Source of the DNA: Azolla caroliniana | Lineage: Eukaryota > Plantae > Polypodiophyta | Direction: 5' to 3' | NCBI GenBank assembly: GCA_043228905.1 | Contig: JBHGNT010000012.1 | Location: 11,160,001-11,224,000, forward strand | Length of the DNA stretch: 64,000 bases | Translations under genes and position numbers: made by a program | Shown: positions 20,130 through 31,201 of the stretch, one piece after another | How positions within the stretch are numbered: position 1 is the stretch's first letter | Layout of the letters: each line of letters starts with the position of its first letter | The notes under the pieces: model-generated | Told to the model about the DNA's origin: nothing | The model's input: only the letters and a program-made list of their open reading frames with translations | The model's database searches: none

Positions 20130-21232
20130 ACTTGCAATTCGGCTGCTTGAGCTGACCATTGCTTCCAACCTGCAGCTAGTGTTTCATCGACCTTTCTATT
20201 TAATTTCTGCCGCTGCTTCATGACTAACGCATTGATACGTTCCTCCTGTTTGTCGTACATTGTTTGAAGAGCCAACGTCTCCTGTTTAGCTTTTTCAATG
20301 TCGAGCCGTAATTTCGCCATGAGTAGTTCGCAGGATGTATTGACTGACTTGACCCTTGCCACTGCTTCCTCCATTACTCTATCGATTCGTTGGCTGAACT
20401 GTTTTTGAGCCTCTTCCAGTTCTTTTATGTGCTTTTCTTGCATCTATTCGTGTTCGTGGATACTATCCATTTTTTGTTTGTGCACATCGTCAAATAACCG
20501 AATGCGCTCATTTTCAGCATCTTCATATTTTTGCAAAAATTGACTAGAGCATACCTACATTTTCACGAGTTCTTTGTTCAGTGAGCTAATTTGTGCGGCC
20601 GCAATGTGATGTAATAGAGTCGGTTACTTTCTATTTTGCCTCCCGAACCTTAGCCGTCTGTTCTTGAAACGCCTTCGTAAGTTCAGCTTCCTTGTGCACA
20701 ACTTCTTGCTTTTGATGGCCTCCGCTTGTGTGTGCTCGTAGTGTTCTTTAACTTTTTCTACAATGGCTTTGTGCATGGCGATCTCTTCTTTGTACTGGCG
20801 AATTGTTTCGCCAATATCTTCGTCGGTTTGCACGATCGTTGTCGCCAGAGTGACAGAGAAAGGTGGCCTGATCTGAATAGCCGTGTCGGTCCATTCGCAC
20901 ACACCGGGCTGGTCCATCTGTGTCGTCGTGCTGTTCTGTTCAGGACGATGTGGTAAGTCCGTCTGCGTTGATTGGTCATTGGAGGTAGAAAGGGGGGGCG
21001 GTAGAGGGAGTGGGGGTGGCTGATCTTGTGTTCGAAACTGCTGCTCTAATTCGGCCCGTTGTGCTTCAGAGGCCTGCCATAGGTCAATGGCAGTCTTTGC
21101 TTACTTGCTTGTCTCTTTGTTACTGGGTAGCCATGTCTTTGGCGGCACGCATTGCTCTATCCAATTCCTGGTAAACTTCGACCAACGCTGTGTTGAGCTC
21201 TAGAAGCTCAATGCGTGTTCGACGTTTCTTTG
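20130..21232 (-). pseudogene. Middle part of the element A extra ORF
   Basis: GWKQWSAQAAELQ matches GWKLWTAQAAELQ; coiled-coil character; contains stops. Confidence 0.78.
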
Positions 21233-21366
21233 TGATGTTCGCCGGAATAGTAACAGACGGACAAGAGCGCAGGAATACGGAATAGTATAATATTGTAACG
21301 CATGTAACGGTTCACATGGGAAGGTCTTCAGCACAAAACAGAAATCCACCTCCTAACTCTCAGCGT

Positions 21367-22068
21367 TGTCGTGCCCTTTGGCTCCGGATCGTTGTGAGTC
21401 GGGTGGGAACCGCCGAGGTTTTTGACTAGGAGGAAGAGGAATACAACTTAAGGCTAGTTATGAATAGTGGAAAGAGAAGTAAGATAGCAATCTCGTGAAT
21501 CCCACGAATTTAGTGTATTTAAAACAATATTTAGATTATAAGAGTAATTTAGATGGCAAAATTCGTGAATCCCACGAATTTATTAGATTGATCAATCCTT
21601 GTATATTAATCAACAACCTTATACATATTTCTCTCCTCCTTATATAAAGATGGAGGAGGCTAAGCATGGCTTCGTGCTTTTTCACCAACTGTGTCCATGC
21701 ACACTAAATGTGCATGTGATGCTTTGTCATTTCCTAAGTATAGGGCTCATGCACGCTAGATGTGCATGAGTCACTTTTAATGTCACGTGTAAATAAAATA
21801 TTCACACCCTAAAGAATACATGATTTTTACCTTTTAATAAAGGTATGTGTAAATAAAGGTCTTATACGTATTAAATCTATATATATAACACTAAAGATAA
21901 GTTATTACAATGGTAAAGTTGGGGTTTATCTACGTGGAGGAGCAAGGTTTGAATCCTGCCCTATGCACGTGATAAATGTTTTGATATATTATTTATTTAT
22001 TTATATGTATCTAAAATCGGATATATTATTTTATGGTTTTCACGTAGTGTGTGGAATACACTACGACA
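21367..22068 (-). repeat. 3' LTR of W1
   Basis: Near-identical to 33277-33979. Confidence 0.95.
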
Positions 22069-24561
22069 CTCGCCCCCTTCGAACCCGCACATCCTCCGGT
22101 ATGTGCCGAAGTTCTCGATTCCTCATATCCGTCTTCACCCAAAGCTTCCTCCGATTCTCCCCTTATGTCGACTATGAGTTGTAATTCACTTTCTTTGCTT
22201 CCCGCATCACCGTGGTCTTCGTCCGATTGCTCCTCGTTGTCGGCCTTGGCTTGGATCACATAGGGTTTGTCGTCGGTCCGCTTCTTGAAAATCTTCACCC
22301 GCTTCCCGGCTATAGGCACTCGTAGTATTGTTCCATCCAACTCGGACAGTCGGTACTTTCCGTTATCGAAGACTTTTCGAACCTCGTATGGCCTGAACCA
22401 CCTTTTCGCGAATTTCCGCATCGTTGTATATTGATGGTCCAAACTATTGTCATAGACGATCACCCAATCTCCTTCTTCAATCCTCCTCGGTCGTAGTCGG
22501 TGCTTTGTGTCGAATCGGCTTTTGTTTTGGAATCGTGCTTCTTGTTGTCGGCGTATTGCTTCCGCTATGTCTGCCGGTCTTCCCTCTAGTTGTCGTATCC
22601 GGACCACTAGTAGTTCTTCCCGGCTCATCTCTTCCTTCCACGGTAGCACTGTCCATGTCGCGATCGCGGTTTCCGTCGGCATTACCGGTGCTTGTCCGGT
22701 CATGAGTTCTGCCGGCATGTAACCGGTTACGGAGCTATGCGTCGTCCGATCCGCCCATAGTGCATACGGAAGCATCTGCGGCCAGTCCTTCACCTTTCCA
22801 TCGCATGCCTTCGCAAGTGCTTTCACGATCGGACTATGTCCACGTTCGATTTTCCCGTTGGCCTCTGGATTGTATGCCGTTGTCAGCGATAACCGAACTC
22901 CATGTTTGGCGAAGAATCCCCTAGCTTTGTCCGAGTCGAGTTCTCCCCGGTCCGCAATCACTTGTCCTACGCACTCGTACCTGCAAAATACTTCCTCCAA
23001 AAGAAATTGGCATACCGCGGAACACATTTTCCTCTGAAGCGCTCGACCTTCTACTTGATTCGTGAGATCTTCCCGAGCTAATACCAAGTTTTTCTTTTGT
23101 CCGATCCCGGTCAGCATGGCCACTATGTCGACCATCCACTTGAAGTTGATTGTCGGTGAGAATGTCGGATGTAACTTATCTCGATGTCGAACCCCGGAGT
23201 AGACTTGACATTTCTCGCAGCTTTCCATGAACTCCGCGACATCTTTGTACATTTTCTTCCACCAATATTTTTGCTTGATCTTCACAAATGTTGCCCATGT
23301 TCCTCAGTGTCCAGCCCAATCGGATTCGTGAAACTCGGACATTATCCGGTTTCGTTGCTCTTTTGTCCCGACTACTTGAAGTGGTATACCATCCGATCTT
23401 TTCGGTGCCCTCCATATTAATCCGTTTTCCAAGAAGAACTTTTGGACTTGCCTCTTCTTCCTTCGGATCTCGGCTCTTCTTCCTTTATCATTTGTTGAGT
23501 CCTCGGCCTCTTGTAACATCTTTCCGATCATCAAGCTTTCTCCCGCGTATTCTTCTTCCCGGAATTCTCGGATTATGTCCACTCGGCATATGTGCTCCGA
23601 CGCGAAGTAGTCTTCGGAAACTTCTTCATTATCCGATTCGGTTATGTCGTCTCCGAACCGAGCCCTTGATAACATATCTGCTACCGCGTTGTCCTTCCCC
23701 GAGATGTGTCGAACCTCCGGATTAAGCGACTTGACATATGCAACCCACCTTAGCATAGCTACATCCGGTATCGTACAACACCGCATCATCCCGAGTATCG
23801 GAAGACAATCCGTCTCGATCACCACTTCGGCTCCGATCAAATAATCCCGATCCGATTTTATCGCCGACACGACTCCCCACAGTTCTCTTTTGACTTGTGC
23901 ATATCCACGTTGCCTTTCGTTGAGAACCTTTGCTCCGAATCGGATCGGATACCGTGAACCATCCGAGTCGGCTTGATTGATGACCCACCCGATACCGGTT
24001 GGACTTGTATCAACCGTTACTATGATCGGTCGGTCGTAGCTCGGCTTCTTAAGTGCTTCCGCCCTCCGAAGTGTCTTCTTCAACTTCTTCATGGCTTTGG
24101 CGTGTTCCGGTTTCCATTCGAATTTCTTACCTTTCCGCAACAAGTGGTAGAGCGGGTCCGCTATATGTGCATAGTGCAGAATCCATATGTGATAGAATGC
24201 ACATGCACCGAGGAACCTTCGGACTTCGGATGTTGACTTGCATACTTCCTCCATAGCTTGAATCGCATCGATCTTTGTTGGTGACGGTCTTCGGCCGTAG
24301 GGCCCACATAGATGTCCGACCACCAATATTTCTTCTTGCCCGAATGCCGATTTCTTCCTGGAAAGTGTTAGGTGCACATCTTCTAGCTTTCGCAACACTT
24401 TCTCGCAATCATGAATATGGTCGACCACGAACTTTCGGCATCCCCGATCATCCATAGTCTCATCTTTTTCTTCTACCGCGCATCCTTTCACCGGAATGTC
24501 ATCGAGGAATGGCATCGTTATCTCTGGAATGCAGTCTCGAAGCACCTTGTTCATCGCGTTC
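22069..24561 (-). pseudogene. W1 pol, 3' part (RT end, RNase H, integrase)
   Basis: MPFLDDIPVKG; VTVDTSPTGIG; FHESDWAGH; NPEANGKIERGH; frameshift near 23290. Confidence 0.9.
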
Positions 24562-25030
24562 TGTTGAACACAGTGCTCGGCCACAACCGAGGAATAGGAT
24601 CAACTTTCAGAAAACAGGAAATACAAAATGCACGAAGTACAATAGAGAGAAGAGTACACGGGATGTTTTACGTGGAAAACCCTAACTGGGGAAAAACCAC
24701 GGGAGTCCTCAAACTCCAACTATCACTATAGACAGAGATGTACAATGGTGAAGCTACAAGGCAACAACCTTGAGCTCACTGTCTTCGCCATAGGCGGCGG
24801 CAGTACACAGAGGCAACGACCTCTTCGTCTCTCTCTCTCTCTCTCTCTCTCTCGGCTACTCACCTTTTTCTCTCTCTCTCAAGATGAGCAACAACATAAA
24901 CTGTTTGCCCTAAGTCATATTTATACACATATGACTTTCGGGCTATTTACAAAATATAGCCTCAAGGGCTCTTAGCAAACATATTCACAAATATGTCCCC
25001 GCATCCGGATCTCTCTCCGGGTACATTCGT

Positions 25031-25190
25031 CATCCGGCTCCGTAACCGGGGTCTTCAGCATCCGGCTCCGTGACCGGGGTCTTCATCATCCGGCTCCGTG
25101 ACCGGGGTCTTCATCATCCGGCTCCGTAACCGGGGTCTTCATCATCCGGCTCCGTAACCGGGGTCTTCATCATCCGGCTCTGTAACCGGG
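25031..25190. repeat. 28-bp tandem array in U3 of the 3' LTR (about 6 units)
   Basis: Unit catccggctccgtaaccggggtcttcat. Confidence 0.9.
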
Positions 25191-25255
25191 CTTGCCGTCA
25201 TTTATCTCCGGGGACATCCCATCTGGAGGGACCGAAATCCCAACAAACTCCCCCT

Positions 25256-28200
25256 TCACTTCGGCATGGGATGTCTCTCCAATCCAATCCTCTTCCGGCA
25301 TGCTTCCAACTTGTCGGGTGTGAGCACTTTGGTCAGCATATCTGAGCCGTTCTCATCCGTGTGGATCTTCGTCAGCACGAACTCCTGGTCTTCTATCCTT
25401 TCCCGGATCCAGTGATATCTTCGCTGGATGTGCTTCGTCCGGGAGTGATAGGCCGCGTTCTTCGCAAGGTGGATGGCACTCTGACTGTCGCAGTAGAGTC
25501 GGTACTCCTCTTGCCGGATACCGAGCTCTCTAATGAAGTCCTTCATCCATATTATTTCCTTGCCGGCTTCAACAGCCGCCATGTACTCCGCCTCCGTGGT
25601 TGACAACGCAACCGTCTTCTGCAGCCTCGACTGCCACGAAACAGCTCCCCCTGCATACGTCATCACATACCCTGATGTGGACCGGCTGGTATCTGCATCA
25701 ACCGACATATCCCAATCGGTAAAGCCGTCGAGTTTGGGCTTACCGGAGCCGAATCGGAGGCACACGTTTGCCGTGCCCTTCAGGTATCGGAGTATCCACT
25801 TGACCGCGTTCCAGTGCTCTTTGCCGGGATTGCTCATGTACCGGCTCACCACTCCGACTGCATATCCTATGTCCGGTCTTGTACACACCATTGCGTACAT
25901 CAAGCTTCCGACGGCAGAGGCATATGGTACTTTCATCATGTCCTCTTTCTCAGCCTTTGTCTTGGGGCTTTGCTTGCTGGACAGCTTGCAGTTTGCCGGG
26001 AGGGTTGATCCGACCGGTCTTGCTTCCGACATGTTGAACCGGTGAAGCACCTTTGTTACGTACTTCTCCTGTGACAGCCACAACTGCTTCTTCTTCCGGT
26101 CTCGGATGATGTGCATCCCTAGTATTTGCCTCGCCGGACCCAGGTCCTTCATTGAGAAGGTTCGGTGAAGTGCTTTCTTCAGCATCCGTATCTTGCCCTG
26201 GTCCCGTCCGACGATCAACATGTCGTCCACGTACAGGAGGAGTATTAGAGAGTCTCCTCCTTCGAACTTCTTCACAAACACGCAGTGATCGGACTGCGTT
26301 TTGTGGTACCCTTCGTCGGTCATGAAGGAGTCGAACTTCCGGTACCATTGCCGGGGAGCCTGCTTCAGTCCGTAAAGGCTCTTCTTCAACCGGCATACCA
26401 GGTGCTCCTTCCCTTTCTTCTCGAATCCTTCCGGTTGCTGCATGTAGATCTCTTCTTCGAGGTCACCGTGAAGGAATGCCGTCTTCACGTCCATCTGTTC
26501 TACCTCGAGGTCCATGCTTGCCGCTATGCTCAGCACCGTCCGGATGGACACTACCGGGGCAAATATTTCGTCGAAGTCGACGCCCTTCTTCTGCTGGAAC
26601 CCCTTCACCACGATCCTGGCTTTGTATCTCGGGGGATTTCCGGCATCTCCCGGTTTCAGCTTGAACACCCACTTGTTTCGAAGTGCCCGCTTTCCTTTCG
26701 GCAACTCCACAAGTTCATATGTGTGGTTCTCATGCAGGGAATCCATCTCCTCCTGCATGGCACTTAACCACCTGCGGCTATGGGTGTCAAGCTTTGCTTC
26801 TTCAAAACTCTCTGGCTCCCCCTCGTCGGTTAGCAGCACGTGCTCTGGTTCCGGAAATCTCCGGGGGGCCCTTCTCTCTCTTAGAGGATATCTCCGTTCC
26901 GGAGCTTCGGTAACCGGCTCTTCCGTTTCTTCTTCATCCGGATCCATTTCGGGATCGGGGCCGGTTCCGGTATCAGTTTCATCTTCCTCGGCCGGTTCTG
27001 TTTCTTCACCGTCTTCGGCCGGATCCTCGAGTGCTAACCGGTCCCTTGCCGGTCGGGACTGCTCCTCGTAGAGTTGATCCTCACCGGTCGACTTGGAGCT
27101 CTTCATCTTCTTCTCCGACTCCCATTCGGCGAGTGTCTTGTCCTCCATGAAGATGATATCACGACTCCTGAATATCTTCTTGTTGACCGGGTCCCATACT
27201 CGGTAGCCGAACTCGTCGTCGCCGTAACCGAGGAATATGCATGGCCGGGTCTTTGGATCTAGCTTTCCTCTCCGGTCCTTTGCCACATGCACATATGCGA
27301 GACACCCGAACACCTTCAGATGCCGGTAGGATACTTCCCTACCGGTCCACACTCTCTGCGGCGTGTCTCCATCCAAAGGTACTGAGGGTGATCTGTTTAT
27401 CACGTATGTCGCCGTCGACATTGCCTCAGCCCAAAACCCCTTGGGTAATTTCGCATGCGCCAGCATACTCCGGACCCTCTCCATTATGGTCCGGTTCATC
27501 CTCTCGGCCAGCCCGTTCAGTTCCGGCGTCTTCGGCACAGTAAACTCGAGCCGGATTCCCTTCGAGCGACAGTACTCCTCGAACTGCCCCCGGTATTCCC
27601 CTCCGTTATCCGCTCGTATCGCTTTCAGCTCCCTGCCGGATTCCCTTTCCACTCTCGCGTGGAGTTCTTTGAAGACGGACAATACTTGGTCCTTTGTCTT
27701 CAACGGTGCCGTCCACAGCTTCCGGCTATGGTCATCTATGAATGTTACGAAGTACTGGGCTCCGCCATGTGACTTCGTTTCTACCTGACACACGTCAGTG
27801 TGCACCAACTCCAATGGTGCGCTACGTCTCGTCGGTGGCCTTGAGTGGAAGGAGGTCCGGTTTTGCTTACCGGCCAGACAGTCGGTACACTTCCCCAGGT
27901 GTACGTGCTTTACCGGTATCAGGTTGTCATCGGCAAGCCTCTTCATCCCCTTCTCACTCATGTGGCACAGTCTCTTGTGCCACAGCTCACCGGCATTGTC
28001 GGCTGCCACGTTCAGCTCCTCCGGACATAGCCGGGAATCCATCAGGTACAGTGTGTTGACCTTCCGGGCCCGAGCCACTATCAGGCTCCCTTTGCTGAAC
28101 TTCATGACACCGTTCCGGATGCTACCCGTGTAGCCTTCATCGTCTAGCCTCCCGGCCGAAATCAGGTTCAATCGAACCTCCGGAACGTGTCGAACATCCT

Positions 28201-29320
28201 TCAGCAGCATTTTGCATCCGGTTGATGTCATCAGCCACACATCTCCTATGCCGGCAATCCGGCATGTACCTTCATTTCCCATCCGGACACAGCCATGCTC
28301 ACCGGCTGTGTAGGATGAGAAGTATTTCTTCTCCGGGGTCAGGTGGAACGACGCTCCGGAATCGACCACCCAGGTCATCTCTTCACCGGCAAGGTTCAGC
28401 TCCCTCTCTTCGGTAATGAGCATTATCTCTTCTTCACTTGCCGCGAGTGCCGTCGTTCCTTTCCGGTCCTGCCCTCGCCGATCCGGACATCTCCGGTCCG
28501 TGGCTCCCCGATATGCACCGTTTCGCTCCGGTGACTTCTTCGAATCGGTGTCGTCGGCTCCGTTGTCTTTTCGGTAATGCCGACAATTCTTCCGGAAGTG
28601 CCCCGGCTTCCCACAGTGGAAGCATGTGGGCCTTCCTCTTGACTGCGACCGGGTCCCCGACTTCTCCCGTCTTTGCGGACTCCGGTTCCATTGTCTTCCC
28701 CGATCCGATTCGGTAAGCAGCATCTTCGGATCGGAAACCGGTTCTTTATCTCTCCGACGCGCTTCTTCGTTCAAAATGCTTGTCTTTACCGTTTGTAGAG
28801 ACAAGTTATCTTCGGTGCAGGAGGTGCTGAGAGTCACCACCAAGTTCTCCCAGCTTTCCGGCAATGTACACATCAGAATGATGGCTTGCATTGCATCCTC
28901 CAACGGGAACTTGATCGCCGCAAGCTGGTTCACGAATCCCATGAACGTGCTTACGTGTTCCACCATACTCTCGCCGTCCCGGTACTTGAGGTTCACTATC
29001 TTCCTCATCAGGGAGGTCCGATTCAACGCATTCTTCCTCTCGTAGAGGCCCGACAGCTTCTTCCACATCTCATATGCGTTGGTGTCATTCGCCAAATGTT
29101 GTAGAACGCTTACATCGACATATTGCCGGATCGTCGCTACGGCTTTCCGGTTCAGGAGCTTCCACTCCGACTCTATTACCCCCTTGGGTATCTCGGCATT
29201 GTCGATCGGTTCATACAGGTCTCGGACGATGAGAAGGTCTTCCATCTTTATCTTCCAGTCGGCGTAGTTATGTGAGTTCAACACCATCATGCCCGGAGGC
29301 CCACTACCGCCGCCTTCCAT
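25256..29320 (-). CDS. Copia Gag-Pol polyprotein
   Basis: Single open frame from MEGGGSG; CFHCGKPGHFRKNC, WVVDSGAS, LWHKRLCH, RADNGGEY, LYVDDML; lacks 3 aa (KMT) present in the copia A RT. Confidence 0.95.
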   Translation of the reverse strand: MEGGGSGPPGMMVLNSHNYADWKIKMEDLLIVRDLYEPIDNAEIPKGVIESEWKLLNRKAVATIRQYVDVSVLQHLANDTNAYEMWKKLSGLYERKNALNRTSLMRKIVNLKYRDGESMVEHVSTFMGFVNQLAAIKFPLEDAMQAIILMCTLPESWENLVVTLSTSCTEDNLSLQTVKTSILNEEARRRDKEPVSDPKMLLTESDRGRQWNRSPQRREKSGTRSQSRGRPTCFHCGKPGHFRKNCRHYRKDNGADDTDSKKSPERNGAYRGATDRRCPDRRGQDRKGTTALAASEEEIMLITEERELNLAGEEMTWVVDSGASFHLTPEKKYFSSYTAGEHGCVRMGNEGTCRIAGIGDVWLMTSTGCKMLLKDVRHVPEVRLNLISAGRLDDEGYTGSIRNGVMKFSKGSLIVARARKVNTLYLMDSRLCPEELNVAADNAGELWHKRLCHMSEKGMKRLADDNLIPVKHVHLGKCTDCLAGKQNRTSFHSRPPTRRSAPLELVHTDVCQVETKSHGGAQYFVTFIDDHSRKLWTAPLKTKDQVLSVFKELHARVERESGRELKAIRADNGGEYRGQFEEYCRSKGIRLEFTVPKTPELNGLAERMNRTIMERVRSMLAHAKLPKGFWAEAMSTATYVINRSPSVPLDGDTPQRVWTGREVSYRHLKVFGCLAYVHVAKDRRGKLDPKTRPCIFLGYGDDEFGYRVWDPVNKKIFRSRDIIFMEDKTLAEWESEKKMKSSKSTGEDQLYEEQSRPARDRLALEDPAEDGEETEPAEEDETDTGTGPDPEMDPDEEETEEPVTEAPERRYPLRERRAPRRFPEPEHVLLTDEGEPESFEEAKLDTHSRRWLSAMQEEMDSLHENHTYELVELPKGKRALRNKWVFKLKPGDAGNPPRYKARIVVKGFQQKKGVDFDEIFAPVVSIRTVLSIAASMDLEVEQMDVKTAFLHGDLEEEIYMQQPEGFEKKGKEHLVCRLKKSLYGLKQAPRQWYRKFDSFMTDEGYHKTQSDHCVFVKKFEGGDSLILLLYVDDMLIVGRDQGKIRMLKKALHRTFSMKDLGPARQILGMHIIRDRKKKQLWLSQEKYVTKVLHRFNMSEARPVGSTLPANCKLSSKQSPKTKAEKEDMMKVPYASAVGSLMYAMVCTRPDIGYAVGVVSRYMSNPGKEHWNAVKWILRYLKGTANVCLRFGSGKPKLDGFTDWDMSVDADTSRSTSGYVMTYAGGAVSWQSRLQKTVALSTTEAEYMAAVEAGKEIIWMKDFIRELGIRQEEYRLYCDSQSAIHLAKNAAYHSRTKHIQRRYHWIRERIEDQEFVLTKIHTDENGSDMLTKVLTPDKLEACRKRIGLERHPMPK

Positions 29321-29819
29321 TTTCTGTGTTAACCGTGCTCTGATACCACTTGTTGAACACAGTGCTCGGCCACAACCGAGGAAAAGGATCAACTTTCAGA
29401 AAACAGGAAATACAAAATGCACGAAGTACAATAGAGAGAAGAGTACACGGGATGTTTTACGTGGAAAACCCTAACTGGGGAAAAACCACGGGAGTCCTCA
29501 AACTCCAACTATCACTATAGATAGAGATGTACAATGGTGAAGCTACAAGGCAACAACCTTGAGCTCACTGTCTTCGCCACAGGCGGCGGCAGTACACAGA
29601 GGCAACGACCTCTTCGTCTCTCTCTCTCTCTCTCTCTCTCTCGGCTACTCACCTTTTTCTCTCTCTCTCAAGATGAGCAACAACATAAACTGTTTGCCCT
29701 AAGTCATATTTATACACATATGACTTTCGGGCTATTTACAAAATATAGCCTCAAGGGCTCTTAGCAAACATATTCACAAATATGTCCCCGCATCCGGATC
29801 TCTCTCCGGGTACATTCGT

Positions 29820-30035
29820 CATCCGGCTCCGTAACCGGGGTCTTCAGCATCCGGCTCCGTGACCGGGGTCTTCATCATCCGGCTCCGTAACCGGGGTCTT
29901 CATCATCCGGCTCCGTAACTGGGGTCTTCATCATCCGGCTCCGTAACTGGGGTCTTCATCATCCGGCTCCGTAACCGGGGTCTTCATCATCCGGCTCCGT
30001 AACCGGGGTCTTCATCATCCGGCTCCGTAACCGGG
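29820..30035. repeat. 28-bp tandem array in U3 of the 5' LTR (about 8 units)
   Basis: Same unit; accounts for the 56-bp LTR length difference (740 vs 684). Confidence 0.9.
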
Positions 30036-30090
30036 CTTGCCGTCATTTATCTCCGGGGACATCCCATCCGGAGGGACTGAAATCCCAACA

Positions 30091-31195
30091 CGTTCATCAT
30101 ATGAGCAACCGAGTTTGTCGCTCCTTGTGGTAGTGTGCACATTCGGACTAATCCTATCGATGTTCGCATGGTTGTGATGTCTCGGCTCTCCACGGCTAGT
30201 TGGAATTGGTCATACCCCGAGTATAGGTCTCCGATGGAGTATATCGCATGGCCGGCAAAAGCTTCCGCAAATTCGTCCACTATCGGACCGACTCCCGAGT
30301 TCCGGATCGTGACCTTATTCATCAGTTGCAAGTCTTGGATAAATCGGAGTGACCCATTCTTCTTCGGAACCGTAAACCATCGATTTGAGTACGGTGTAGT
30401 TGATGGCTCTAGAATCCCCATTGCCACCTTCTCCTTGAGCAAGTCAATGAATTTCGGAATATGTGCTCGTGGCACCGGAATCGGCTTCAGGTTCCACGGT
30501 ACATGGTCAATCGTGAAGATCACCATCGGCTCTACTATTCTCGAATCGACGCACCCTATCTCCCTTGATGTAAATGCAAACGCTTTGCCGTGTTGCTCCA
30601 ACATCTCGCGAAACCGTTCTTCTTCTTTTTGTAATAGGAACCCACCTCCACCGATCTGAAGTTTCTTCCGGGTCTCATCCGTGAAGGCATGTCCGATATC
30701 CACGGACTTCTGAAGTGTCGGATCTCCTGAGACTTCTTTCCTCTTTTGTTCGCTATCGGTGGGTAGTGGTCCCGCGGCCGGTTTCACCTTCTTCTCCACG
30801 GTCTTGTATTTCGTACTTACCATTGCTTCTTCTTTGCGCAGCGTATCCGGCTCCATTTTCGCAATGATCTCGTACATCTCGACCGATTCCACCGGGACTA
30901 CCTGGTTCCCTTGGCTTTTATCTTCCGCAAGCTCTTCAAGTCGTTGTAGCGTGCTCCCATAGAACACTTCTTCGACTATCCCCATGATTTCTTCATCTTT
31001 TTTTATTATTGATGCCGACCGCAACTTATCCTCCACTTGTCGGTATCCTTTCTTCAAACCTCTGGTTATGGTCGTGTACGTAGATGCCCCATCCAGACCG
31101 ATTCGTACATGTTTTGCTCCGAGAGTTTTCTTCCTATGTGGGGTATCAGGGCTTCTCGGACTATCACTTCCCCACTCCGCAACAGTCCGCTTTAA
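30091..31195 (-). pseudogene. W1 pol, 5' part (linker and RT N-half), in the -1 frame relative to gag-PR
   Basis: YSNRWFTVPKKNGSLRFIQDL; DLYSGYDQ; LPQGATNS; frame open from 31195; cut by copia C. Confidence 0.9.
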
Positions 31196-31201
31196 AAATC
31201 C
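31138..31201 (-). promoter_or_regulatory. Putative -1 ribosomal frameshift signal (G_GAU_UUU plus pseudoknot)
   Basis: Heptamer directly before the ORF1 UAA; 5-nt spacer; 11-bp stem; loop GUGGGG complementary to downstream CCCCAC. Confidence 0.75.

Larger units (their letters stand above)
24562..30090 (-). mobile_element. Near-intact Tork/Tnt1-like Ty1/copia (copia C)
   Basis: LTRs 24562-25245 and 29351-30090; TSD CGTTC at 24557-24561 and 30091-30095; PBS TGGTATCAGAGC 29337-29348; PPT 25246-25258. Confidence 0.96.

Noticed and set aside
29820-30035. 28-bp repeats as a CRISPR array or satellite
   Set aside because: Head-to-tail with no spacers and confined to the U3 of both LTRs.
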